Shown in pieces: positions 37,223-49,952 of a DNA stretch of 64,000 nucleotides. Made by a program: the position numbers and the translations under genes. Origin of the DNA: Camelus dromedarius. Lineage: Eukaryota. The number at the start of each line of letters is the position of its first letter. The first letter of the stretch is position 1. Where the stretch lies: NCBI RefSeq assembly GCF_036321535.1, contig NC_087436.1, positions 11,594,001 through 11,658,000 of the forward strand, in the 5' to 3' direction. The notes under the pieces were generated by a model, which was not told the origin of the DNA, ran no database searches, and saw only the letters and a list, made by a program, of their open reading frames with translations.

Positions 37223-40012
37223 TTTTTTCATTTTACAATGCTGTGGCAAATTCCAGTGTAGAGCACAGTTTTTCAGTTATACATGAACATGCATATATTC
37301 ATTGTCACTTTTTTTTTTCTCTGTGACCTACCACAAGATCTTGTATATATTTCCCTGTGCTATACAGTATAATCTTGTTTGTCTGTTCTACATTTTATAA
37401 TCCCAGTCTGTCCCTTCCCACCCCTGCCCCCTTGGCAACCACAAGTCTGTATTCTATGTCTATGAATCTGTTTCTGTTTTGTATTTATTTATTTATTTAT
37501 CTTTTAGATTCCACATATGAGTGATCTCATATGGTATTTTTCTTTCTCCTTCTGGCTTACTTCACTTAGAGTGACATTCTCCAGGAGCATCCATGTGGCT
37601 GCAAATGGCATTATGTTGTTGGTTTTTGTGGCTGAATAGTATTCCATTGTATAAATATACCACCTCTTCTTTATCCAGTCATCTATTGATGGACATTTAG
37701 ACTGTTTCCATGTCTTGGCTCTTGTAAATAGTGCTGCTATGAACATTGGGGTGCAGGCGTCATTTTGAGGTAGGGTTCCTTCTGGGTATATGCCCAGGAG
37801 CGGGATTCCCGGGTCCTATGGTAAGTCTATTCCTAGTCTTTTGAGGAATCTCCATACTGTTTTCCATAGTGGCTTTCCTTGCTTCCCTCTCTCACTCTTA
37901 ATGATTTAGATGTCTTCTTTTACAATTTTGTGTTTATTCTTTTTGTAATTCATGGTAGTTACCTCCTTTGCAGTTATGAGTTTCTCATTTTTGTAGCATC
38001 CTGCTTCTTTTCTATTTAGAGTAGACCTGTGAATATTTCTTTTAGCATGGGTTTAGTGTTGCTAAACTCTTTTAGTTTTTGCTTGTCTGTGAAATTCTTT
38101 ATCTTTCCTATTCTAAAGGATAGCCTTGCTGGATAGAGTATCCTAGGTTGCATCTTTTTTTCATTCAGGACTTTGAATATATCTTGCCACTCCCTTCTGG
38201 CCTGTAGTGTTTGTGTAGAGAAATCAGCTGAAAGCCTTATTGGGGTTCTCTTGTAACTCTTTGTTTTCCTCTTGCTGCCTTTAGGATCATTTCTTTATCT
38301 TTGACTCTGGCCATCTTGATTATGATATGTTTTGGTGTGGGTCTGTTTGGGTTCTTCCTGTTTGGGACCCTCTGAGCCTCCTGTACTTGGATATCTGATT
38401 CCTTCTTTAGGTTTGGGACGTTTTCAGTCATGATTTCTTCAAATACCTTTTCAGTCCCCTTTGTTCTTTCTTCCCCTTCTGGAATCCCTATTATGCATCG
38501 ATTGGCACGCTTTATATTATCCCATAGGTCCCTTATATTGTTTTTTTATTTGTTTTTCTCTCAGCTGTTCTGATTGGGTGCTTTCTGTTATCCTGTCTTC
38601 TAGGTCACTTATTCGTTCCTCTGCATTATCTGGTCAGCTTTCATCTCAGCAAAGGAGTTTAATAATTCTATTTGGCTCTTCTTTATAGCTTCTGTTTCAT
38701 TTTTGACATATTTTATATCTCTAAACACTATTTCTTTTAGTTCCTTCAGTACTTTGATCACTCCTTTTTTGAAATCTTGATCTAGTAGGCCATCGATGTC
38801 TATTTCCTTGATCATGCTTCCAGGGGATTTCTCTTGATCTTTTAATTGGGAGTGGTTCTTCTGCTCCTTCATATTGCTCATATCTCTCTGGCACTGTGGC
38901 CAGTGGGCGGGTGGCTCACTCCCCCTCCCGATGCTGCAGTCAGATGCTGCGCTTGGGTGAGGCAGGTGGGCGGATCGCGCCCCCTCCCAGCACGGTGGTC
39001 AGGTGCTGCGTTCCTGCCAGGAAGGCGGGTGGCCGCCCACCCTCTCCAGGTGCAGGTCGCTCCACTGCTCTGCAGCTGCACGTTCCGCCTCGGGTTGGCG
39101 CTCCATAGGCGGGCTCAGGGAAGACCACAGAACAGCCCCGCCCCTGCTCTGTGCCAAATCTCAGCTCCTTGTTTGTCTTGGCGGCGCGAGTTCCCTGAGG
39201 TGCCAGGGCAGAAAGATTCTATCTGCCTCAGGCTGTAAACAAGTCTCAGTCCTGCCTAGGAGGTTGCAGAGCCCCCGGGTGTGGATTCAGCTCTTGGCCT
39301 CGCCCCCACCCGGGCACTGCGCACAGGAGGAGATGGCGGCTGTGGCTGCGCCCCACCTCTCTTCTCGCAAGAAGTGCCAGTAATGGCGCCACCAGTCTGA
39401 GGAGACAAAGGCTGCGGCTCCCTTCCCCTCAGGGCACACCAGCCTTGTTGCTTTGCTTTTTTCACAATTTATGGAGGACCAAGGTTGTTCTGCTCCCGTA
39501 TCCCCTCCCAGCCATGCCGCGCAGCCCCCTGCAGTCCCCCGGGGCTGCCCCAGTGCAGCCACCCCAGTCCTCCGCTCAGCTTAGGTAGCCTGTCCCGGCC
39601 CCAGCTGCTGGCTCGCATCCCAGGCTGGGTGTCGCAGGGACCCTCTGTGCCTGTTTAACTTAGTTTAGTCAGTCAAGGGGTGCGTGGGGCAGATCTGAGC
39701 CTCGGAGGCCCCCCTCCGTCCTGTTGGCCTCTCCGTTGGATTGGGGAGACCCAGCGAATGAGCGCTATTCCTCCTTTGCCGCTCCCGCCCCACGGGACTG
39801 GTCCCACACTGTTTTGCTTTTTCTTCTTTCTTTTTTCCTTTTCTCATACCAGATTTTTGGCGTCTTTGTCTTTCGAGGAGGGCAATGTTCTGTTGGAGTT
39901 TGGCAGGTGCTCTGGTTGGCTGAGTGGGTCCGTAGATGTGAGTTTTGGTGTATTTGTGGGAGAAGGTGAGTTACAAGCGTCCTTCTACTTCGCCGTCTTG
40001 CTTCTCTCTCTC
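37223..40012 (-). mobile_element. Lineage-specific L1 with full 5'UTR, decayed ORF1, ORF2 almost wholly deleted, and 3'UTR
   Basis: TSD ctattgcaatgtt (37210-37222) / ctattgcagtgtt (40013-40025); 5' caagacggcg start motif; ORF1p peptides MSNMKEQKNHSQLKDQEKSP... and ...QEAQRVPNRKNPNRPTPKHIIIKM...; ORF2 C-terminal MFIAALFTRAKTWKQ. Confidence 0.93.
38885..40012 (-). promoter_or_regulatory. CpG-rich L1 5'UTR (internal promoter region)
   Basis: The only long GC/CpG-rich block in the window; it lies upstream of the ORF1 ATG at 38881. Promoter activity is inferred from L1 biology. Confidence 0.65.
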
Positions 40013-40819
40013 CTATTGCAGTGTTAATTTACTGATATAGAAGATTCTTCCTTTGGAGAATTGTGAAAGCATGTGATATATACCACTTCTTAACTGAATT
40101 CATGCAGACTGAAGTGACACTTCTTAAAAGAATTAATCATTTTGATAGTCATAATGGTCCTCATTTATGTCCTGGTAAACTACATGCAATCTCTCTTTTC
40201 TGCTTTGTTGACAGTTTTTCTAGCTGAGATGAATGAGTTAGCGCTTTAAGGTTTCACCAAACTGTCAGTATAAATGAAACTGTTGGAGACACATAAATAT
40301 GAATTTTTTCTCCTAGAGTCTAATAGTATTCAGAATGAAAGAACAGAGTGTTAGCACTAATTGGGAACCTTAGCAGTTATCTAGTGTAACATTTTATTAA
40401 GAAAATGAAGACTAGAGATATTTTTATTTTCTCCCAAACACTTTTTCTCTCAGGGATAAGCTGTTTGTGGGTCTAAAGTACTGTTGTTGCCCATACACTT
40501 AACCTGACTCCTCAGATGGGATTCTGCAGTAGACAGAGTATAGAAGAATTATGGCCATCCCTCAGGGCATTTAATCTTGATCAAAAAGGTGCTTGCTGTT
40601 TAGAAATCAAATATAAAGGATACTTTGTACCTTATCACAGGACACGAAACAAACAGAACTTTGGACTTGTGTTGTTGATTTCGTTGGACTTAATTTGGGT
40701 CGAGGGACCTGAGCCCTTACAGACCTAGTGTGACAAATCCTAGGGACCGTCTTTCATTTCTTGATAAACTTATTTTACTTGCAGGAGGGAAGCCAACAGG
40801 AAAGTTCAACTGCTCTAGA

Positions 40820-40925
40820 AAGTTAGGTTTTTTTATTTATTATTTTTGGAGGAGGTACTGGGGACTGAACCCAGGACCTCATGCTTGCTAAGCATGTGCT
40901 CTGCCACTTGAGCCGTTCCCTCTTC
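40820..40925 (-). mobile_element. Camelid tRNA-derived SINE (Vic-1-type)
   Basis: TSD caactgctctaga (40807-40819) / cagctgctctaga (40926-40938). Confidence 0.88.
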
Positions 40926-41589
40926 CAGCTGCTCTAGAGTGAAGAGATTCCCTATATATAAGGAAGAATGCATATGTACATTATACATGTACAGTACGTG
41001 TGTTTAATGTATCTTGCATATTCATGGTGTGGTTTATACTACTGGGACTCACTCTCCACTGCAGTTATGGCAGTTGTTCAGAGAGAAAGGAACTGATTAT
41101 CAAATGCTGGCATAATTAGGTTGGCTTTACACAGTAGCAGAGTAAACTAGTAGAAGCAAATCATTAATGCCACAGTATAGGCTCTGTGCTACAAAAAAGA
41201 ATAATCTGTTACTGTGCTGGCAAGAGGACTGGAAAGAGTAGTTGAGGCTGGGAAGAGTGAGGACTAGAGTAGTGAAGATGGAGAGGAGGTAGTGGATCAG
41301 GGAACTAGGCCTGGATATGAGTATGGGGAACAGACTGGACTCCAAGGTGACCTGCCCTTTAGCATTATATTTTAGGTAAAACTTTGTAGGTACATTTTAG
41401 TGTGTGCATATTTCTTGGCAGTGTACAGTAGCTGCTGATTTTTACTGTACCTCACTGAGATACAGTCATCTGAATACGAAGTCATTCAGTGAAAAGAAAG
41501 AATTTCTTGTCTTAGGTCCATGACAAGTATTAGGCTTATATTGGCCAAACCAATCCAAAGATGTTATAGCTTTCATTGATAGTAGATTC

Positions 41590-41910
41590 AATAGCAATCA
41601 ATAATGTAATTGTGTCTAGAAAGATGATCAGAACAGGTAATTATCTCACTCTGCTCTGCCCAGGTCAGACCGTATCTATGAAATTGACTTCATTTTCAGT
41701 TACATGTTTTGAGAGGGATTGATGAACTGAAGTGCTGAATTCAGAGCCAGGATGATGTTGAAGACCCCAAACTATGTTGTACAAGGAGTGGTCAAAAGGC
41801 TTAGGAATTTATAAACCTTGCAAGGAAAATTCTGGAGAATATAATGCTCTCTGTAAAAGTCTGAAGGAATTTCATAAGAGAAAGATTAATGTTGTTCTGT
41901 GGTGGGTTAT
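41590..41910 (+). mobile_element. L3/CR1 remnant
   Basis: cactctgctctgcccaggtcagaccgtatct...gagagggattgatgaactg...gtctgaaggaatttcat, typical of the L3 3' region. Confidence 0.6.
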
Positions 41911-42174
41911 AAGTAGTTCAAGGGTGATATGACTGATTTGCTCTCTGCTGATGTGTGCAAACTGTAGTCAACATTTTGGAGTTAAATAAAAGAATACACT
42001 AAACCCCTTTAAAAAAAACATTTTGGAGGTTACTCTTACACAGGAAATTTGTGGTCAGGTGACCTTTCAGATCTCTTAACAGCACTAAATCTTACAATTT
42101 CTATGGCACTACTGAGAAAGATTCCCAGGATTTCTGAAACAATTCGTTTTAGGGTTTAAAGAGAAGAGATGGAG

Positions 42175-42312
42175 GAGGAGGAAAAGGGGCATTGTTTCAT
42201 GGGTGTAGAGTTTTAGATTTTACAATGTGCGCATACTTAACACTACTAAGCAATATACTTCAAAGTGGTTAATGTGGTAAATTATCTTACGTTTTTACCA
42301 CAATAAAAAAAG
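42175..42312 (+). mobile_element. Short old L1 3' end
   Basis: catacttaacactact...gtggtaaattatcttacgtttttaccacaataaaaaaa. Confidence 0.7.
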
Positions 42313-43459
42313 GAGACAGAGGGAGTGAGGAATCAGCTGTGACTGAGACTTTATTTAGCCTTGGAATCATTGTGGATAATAGAGCCACTGTGACCCAGAA
42401 AAACATGGGAGGTCAGGCAGGTGTATGGAGGAAAGTGTAGGTGGATCTTAGTCTTGATTGCTTAAGGAGGAACCAGCAGTGAAATACAGTATCAGTTTAG
42501 AGATCCTGGGCAAGATTATGAGCAGCAGCCAAAGACAACTTGGCCAGTAGAAGATCTTGATTTGTTTTGAGGAGATAATCAGCAGACTCAGCCAGAGAAT
42601 CTTTGTCGAGTATTAAGCCAAGAAGTGAAGCAAAGTCATCAACATAAAGATGCATGATGATTATAAAGTCCAGACCACAGAGCTCAAAACAGGCAAAGTT
42701 AGTGGCCTAAAACAATGAATAATGTGAGTTTTAGAGGTCTGCTTGTATGTGTTACTGGGTGTATGGTGTGGGGGTGACTGTTTAAAAGAAGATGGTTAGA
42801 GAGATTATATGGAGACTGGCAGATAGCTGGAAATTCAGTTACTGGGATTTGGGAGAGAGGTTGAGGATGGGAACAACTATACTGGGATGATAGTTGACAA
42901 TAACTATGGACACAGAAACGTGTATTAAATGGTAAAGGAGAACAAGCAGAAAATGAAAGGAGGTCCCAAGGCAGTCAGATCCATAGGCAATACCTAGTTT
43001 TAGGGAGCTGACAGAGACAGACTGAGTAGTTAGAAAGGCAGAAAAAGTATTATTAAATCCAAGCTAGGAGAGAGTGTCTTTAGGATTAAATACTGCATAG
43101 GGGTTTAGAAATACTAATCCCAAGAAAAGGACTTTCAAAGAACAATTTCAAGAGAAAGCAGGCCAGAGGCTGTTACAACACATAAAGACGTGAATGCAGC
43201 AGCACATAGAGGCTTCAGTATTAAGATCTGTCATAAAGAACTTCCGTGTGAAGACCAGAAAGGTAGGGCAGTGGCCCAGCTTGGGGAGGATAGCAGTTGT
43301 TTGTTCACTGAAGTCAAGACAATAAAATGCATTGACTCTCTGTAGTAATACTTAACTTCCTCATTGGGGACAGACCTTGATAGGCCTACTTTGGTGATAT
43401 ATTTGTTATTTTTTCCCTTTGTTTTAAAAGTGTCGATCACTAGCGTTTTCACATTTTTG

Positions 43460-46400
43460 GGTCATGGGCATAAGACATCCCTCATTCTTGCCTTCCCTCC
43501 CCATGCAACAAATATTCCTTATCTGTCGGCAAACAAAAGTGCCTTTGTGGGAGCTCTGGGATCCAGTACCATACCCTAAGGGATCCGGAAGGAAACTTGC
43601 TCACTATGCATTGGGCAGTAGGCAGGCAGATGTTGGTCTTGACTGTGGACCCTGATGGGACCTGTGAACCAGTGCCAGCCCCTCTTAGCTGCAGTCTGGG
43701 AGCCCCTGGAGAACACTGACCTAGACAGTCCTCCACAGATGAGAGAGCCTTTGTGGAAATCCGGGTTTCCAGAGAAGAAGATTTAGCATTCCACTGGAGC
43801 AAGAACAATGGATGCACTAGAGTGTGAGAGGAGCAGTTTGCACTTCACCTGCATCACCCCTGCCACATGATGGCACAGCTTAGGGCCAGGAGAGATGCTC
43901 CTCTGCCTGTGGTTCAGAAACAAAGGAGAAATACTTTCCCAGACACAGAGACTGAGAGAGTTCTGCCGTAAAAGAAATGCTGAAAGGATTTCTTCAAGCT
44001 GAAATCAAAGGTTGTGAATTAGTAACATAAAAATGTATGAAAATATACATCACACTGGTAAAGGTAAGTAATAATAAAAATTAAGAATACTCTAATACTC
44101 CAAAGTGATGATATAAGATTAAAGGACAAGAGTATTGAAAATAGCTACAATACCCATTATGGCACTTGGGGAGAATTCTTTTTTTTTTTTTAAACAAATG
44201 AGGATTTGTCCCATCACACTGACATCACTCTCTCGTGGTTAGTCCAGAAATTTTGCAAATATCAACAGTGGCACATTAAGCAGACACGTCAAGTCCTGAA
44301 AAGAAAGAGGAGAAACAAATACTTATCATCGCTGTGCACCAGGCCCTGAACCAAGTGTAAACCCAGTCTTACTCAACATTGAGTTGCTCACACGTCCAGA
44401 TTCAACCCTAGATACCAACAGGGAAGGATTTTTTAAAAGAAAGAAAGAAACTCAAAATTGAACCTAAATAATCGTGTTGCACCAAACAACTAAGCCATCG
44501 AGTTTGGATACAAACCCGATTCTGTCTGACTGGGGAGGCGGGGACGCTGCCTGGGTGATGGGTAGGGTGCGGTCTGCGCTATCTTGTTGGCTTTCTTAAA
44601 GCAGTGCTGCTCTCCGACTAAACCAAGATTATATTCCAAAACATCTTTTGCTATGTTCAGTCAAAAATTATTTTTATCAGGATTTGCAGATAGTAACTAC
44701 TATATATATATATAACAGATAAACAACAAGGTCCTGCTGTACAGCACAGGAAACTCTATTCAATACCTTGTAATAGCCTATAATGAAAAAGAGTATGAAA
44801 AGGCATATCTATATATATAACCAAATCACCGTGCTGTACACAAGAAACTAACACAACATTGTAAACCGACTATACTTCCATAATAAAAAATATTCCTAAG
44901 CAAAAAAAAAAAAAATAGCTACAATAGTTTGTTAATGAATGCACACTGTAAAAAGAGTTAAATTATTGTACATCAAAAACCGTAAAAGGTTGGGGGAAGT
45001 AAAAGGGTCGAGTTTTTGTGTGTGATTAAAGCTAAGTTGTTATCGGCATAAAATAGACTTATATCTATAAGATGTTTTATGTAAGCCTCATGGTAACTAC
45101 AAAGCAAAAACCTACAGTAGATACACAAAAGATGAAAAGAAGGGAATCAGAGCACACTACTACAAAGAATTTTCACCTTGCTAAGGAAGACAGCAAGAGA
45201 GGAAGAAAGGAACAAGGGAACTGCAAAAACAGCCAGAAAACTATAAGATGGAATTAGTAAGGTCTTACCTATGAACAATTAACGCTAAATGTAAATGGAT
45301 TGAATTCTTCAATTAAAAGGCATGGAGTGGTTGGACGGATTTAAAAACAGAAAAACAAAATACAAGACCCAGCTGTAGGATGCCTCACTTCAGCTTTAAG
45401 AGCACACGTGGGCTCAACGTAAAAGTTGGAAAAGATATTCTATGCAAGTGGAAACCAAGAGTGCAGGGGTAGCTATACTGATGTCAGACAAAATGGATGT
45501 TAAGCCAGAAATGGTAACTAGAGACAGAGAAGGTCATTATATAATGATAAAGGGTTCAATTTGTCAAGAAGAGATAACAGTCATAAATATATATGCACCC
45601 AACATGGGAGCACCTGAATATATTAAGAAATACTAGCAGATCTGGAGGGAGAAACAGACAACAATAAAATAATCATAGAGGACTTTAGTACTCCACCTTC
45701 AACAATGGATAGATCATCCAGACAGAATATCAACAAGGAAACGTTAGATTTAAACTGCACTCTAGACCAAATGGACCTAACAGACATATTCAGAACATTC
45801 CATCCAACAGCAGCAGGATACACACTCTTCTCAAGCACACACACAGCATTCACCAGGATAGACCGTGTGATAGCTTATAAAACAAGTCTTAACAAATTTA
45901 AGAAAATTAAAATCATACCAAGTATTTTTTTCTAACCACAATGGTATAATACTAGAAATCAGTAACAGGAGGCAATTGAAAAATTCACAAACATGTGGAA
46001 ACTAAACACAGTCCTGAACAACCATTGTGTCAAAGAAATCAAAAACGAAATTTAAAAATAGCTTGAAACAAACAAAAATGAAAAGATACCATACTAAAAC
46101 CTATGAGATTCTGCAAAAGCAGTTCTAAGAGGGAAGTTAACAGATAAATGCCTATATTAAGAAAAAAGATCTCAAACAACCTAATTTTATACATCAAGGA
46201 ACTAGGAAAAAAAAAAAAAACAAGCTAAACCCAATGATAACAGAAGGAAGGAAATAATAAAGATCAGAACAGAAATAAATTAAATAGAGACAAGAAAAAC
46301 AATAGCAAAAAGGTAAATGAAACTAAGGGCCTTTTTTTTTTTTTTAAGGATAAACAGAACTGACAAACCTTTAGCTAGACTTAGAGGCAAAAGAAGACTC

Positions 46401-48355
46401 AAGTGAATAAAATCAGTATTGGAAGAGGAGACATTACAGCTTTTATACCACAGAAGTTCAGAGGAGTATAAGAGACACATATGTCAACATAACCTAGAAG
46501 AAATGGATAAATTCTTTGAAACATGTAAGTTACCAAGGCTGAACCAGAAAATCTGAACAGACCAATAACAAATAAGGAGATTGAATCAGTAATCAAAAAC
46601 TTCCTAACAAAGCAAAGTTCAGGACCCGATGACTTCACTGGTGAATTCTATCAAATATTTAAAGAAGAAATAACACTAATCCTTCTTCAACTCTTCTGAA
46701 ACATTGAAGAGGAGGGAGGACTCTCAGATTCATTTTACAAGGCTAGCATTACCTTGATACCAAAGCCAACAAAGGAAATTACAAGAAAACTACAGGCCAA
46801 TATCGCTGATGAGTATAGACACAAAATTTTCAATCAGATGTTAGCAAACTGAATTTAGCAGCACTTAAAAGGAATCATACACCATGGTCAAGTGGGATTT
46901 ATCCGCAGAATTAAAAAATGGTTCAATATCTGCAAATCAATAAATGTGGTACACTACTTAATAGAATGAAAGATAAAAATCATACGGTCATCTCAGTCGA
47001 TGCAGAAAAAAGCATTTGACAAAAAATACAGGATCCTTTCATGAGAAAAGCTCTCAGCAAATTGGGTATAGAAGGAACATGCCTTCGACATAATAATGTC
47101 CATGTGTGACAAGCCCATACCTGATACCATACTCAGTAGTGAAAAGTTGAAAGCTTTTCCTCTACGGTCCGGAACAAAACAAGGGTGACTGTCCTTAACA
47201 CTCCTATTCAGCAAGGTACTGGAAGTCTTAGCCATAGCAGTTAGGCAAGAGAAAGAAAGAAAAGGCATCCAGTCAGAAAGGAAGAAGTAAAATTATTTAT
47301 TTGCATATAATGTGATCTTATATGATATGATCTCCACCAAAAAAAATAGTTGGAACTGATCAACAAATTCAGTTGCATGATACAAAATCAGCACACAAAT
47401 CAGCTGAATTTGTATACACTAACAATGAAATATATGAAACAGAAATAAAACAGTGCCATACACAATAGCATCAAAAATAATAAAATACTTAGGAACAGAT
47501 TTCTCTAAGGAGGTGAAAGAGCTGTATGTTGAAAACTGTAAGACTTAGATGAAGGAAACTGAAAAAGACACAAATAAATGGAAAGATACCTTGTGTTGAT
47601 GGGTTGGAAGAATTAATATTGTTAAAATGTCCATACTGTCCAAAGCCATCTGTAGGCTTAATGCAGTCTCTCTCAAAATTCCAATGGTATTTTTCACAGA
47701 AATAGAAAAAAAAAATCCTAAAGGCTTAATGGAACCACAAAAGACCCCAAATAGCCAAAACAATTCTTGAGAAAGAAGATGGCATCACACACTTCTGATT
47801 TCAAACAAAGGTATGATAATCAAAGCAGGGTGCTGCTGGCATAAATACAGACACATAGACCAGTGGGACAAATTGAGAGCCCAGTAATAACCCCTTGCAT
47901 ATATGACCAACTAATATTTGGCAAAGTATTCGAGAGTATTCAATGAGGGAAGTACATCTCTTTGGTAGATGGTGTTGAAAAGCTGGATAACCACATGCAG
48001 AAGAATGAAATTAGACCTCTATCCTATAACACTTAACAAAAATTAACTCAAATAGAATAGGGAATTATACATAAAACCTGAAACCGTAAAACTCCTAAAT
48101 GGAAACAGGGAGTAAGTTCTTTGACATTAGTCTTGGCAATGATTTTTCAGATATAACACCAGAAGCACAAGTAACAGGAGCAAAAATTAGTAAGTAGGAC
48201 TACATGAAACTAAAAAGCTTCTGCACAATGAAAGAAATAATCACCAAAACGAAAAGGCAACCTACAAAATGGGAAAAAAATTCACAAATTGTATATCTAG
48301 TGAGGGGTTAATATCTAAAATATATAGTGAACTCGTGTAACACAGTAACAAAGCA
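43460..48355 (+). mobile_element. Decayed long L1 (5' remnant, ORF1 end, ORF2 endonuclease/RT), interrupted by a nested insert
   Basis: EN-like peptides AGVAILMSDK...EGHYIMIKGSI...INIYAPN and DLTDIFRTFHP...FTRID; many frameshifts. Confidence 0.92.
44153..44911 (+). mobile_element. Nested polyadenylated retro-insert: about 530 bp of non-L1 sequence, about 200 bp of L1 3' end, and poly(A)
   Basis: Perfect 15-bp TSD aaaatagctacaata at 44138-44152 and 44912-44926. Confidence 0.88.
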
Positions 48356-48359
48356 TAAT

Positions 48360-49650
48360 TACTATTCCTTTTTTGTGTTGAGAACATTTCAAATTGACTC
48401 TCCTAGCAACTTTCAACTGTGTAATGTGTTATCGTTAATGGTAATCACCACACAGTAGGTTAGATGCCCAGAGCTTACTCATCTTACAACTGGAAGGTTG
48501 TGCCCTCTTACCTACGTATCCCTATTTTCCTAACCCCTCCAAGCCCTGGTAACTGCCACACTCTACTCTCTGTTTCTACGATTTTGGCTGTTTTAAATTT
48601 CACATGTAAGTGATATCATATAGTATTTGTCTTTATCTGACTTATTTCACTTAGTATAATGTCCTCAAGTTTTGTTCATGTTGTTACAAATGGTACAATT
48701 TTTTTTTCCCGTTGTGGGTGTGGGGGTGTGTATGTTGTCACATCTTTTTTCATTCATTTGTTGACACAGGTTGTTTCTGCATCTTGGCTATTGTGAATAA
48801 TGCTGCAGTGAACACAAACATACAGATATCTCTTCAAGATTTGATTTCATTTCCTTCAAATATATACCAGAAGTGGGATTGCTGTTTTATTTTTACTTTT
48901 TTGAGGGACTTCCATACTGTTTTCCATAGTGGCTGCTCCAGTTTACATTCCCACCAACAGTGCACAAGGGTCCAGTTTTTCTCCATCCTCATCAATCTCT
49001 TGTCTTTGTGATGATAGCCATTCTGACCGTTGTCAGGTGATCTCTCACTGTGGTTTTGATTTGCATTTTCTCTGATGATTAGTGATGTTGAGCATCTTTT
49101 CATATGCCTGTTGGCCATTTGTATGTCTTCTTTGGAAAAATGTATATGCAGATCCTCTACCCATTTTTTTAATTGGATTGGTTTTTTTGCTGTTTAGTTG
49201 TAGGAGTTATTTTTATATTTTTGATATTAACACCTTATCAGATATGTGATCTGCAAGTCATTTTCTCCTATTCCTGTAGGCTGCTTTTTCACTCTGTTGA
49301 CTGGATCCTTTGATATACAAAATTTTTAAGTTTGGTGTAGTCTCATTTTGTTTTTGCTTTGGTTGCCTATGCTTTTGGTGTCATATATAAGACATAAGAA
49401 AAATTGCCAAGTCAAACATCATGAAGTTTTTCCCTCGTGTTTTCTTCCAGAGTTTTATAGTTTAGGGTCTTAGGTTTAGGCCTATAATCCCTTTTGGATT
49501 AATTTTTGTGTAAGTATGAGATCAGAGCCCACCTTCAATTTTTTGCACGTGAGTATCCAGTTTCCCAACATAATTTTTTGAAGACACTGTTCTTTCCTCT
49601 TCAAGTGGCAACCTTATCAAAGATCATTTGACTGTATACACAAGTGTATT
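48360..49650 (-). mobile_element. L1 (L1MA-like) 3'UTR and ORF2 C-terminal fragment
   Basis: Minus-strand peptide [17 protein letters not shown]...[17 protein letters not shown]. Confidence 0.9.
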
Positions 49651-49952
49651 GAAAGGTGTACATTGAAAAAGTCTCCCTTTTTCCCTTGTCCTTCATCCCC
49701 CCTCACCCTCTGCAAAGGTAATCACTAGTGTTAGTTTTTGGTTTTTATGTTTTGGGTTTGGGGGGTTGGGGAGGCTAGATAATTGGTTCACATGGTTCAC
49801 ATAACAATACAACGTACAAAGCTATCCACTGAAAAAATTTGTTTCCATGCCTGTCTTACTTCCCTCTTCCTTAAGTATACCCTCTTCTATAGGTAATTGT
49901 TTTTATTAGTTCCTTTTATAGCTTTCCAGTGTGCATGAATCTATAGTGTTAC

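Noticed and set aside
38846..40027. Cluster of overlapping ORFs on both strands
   Set aside because: Expected from the GC-rich, stop-poor L1 5'UTR.
45250..48355. Possible active L1 ORF2
   Set aside because: Broken by many stops and frameshifts; only short peptides remain.
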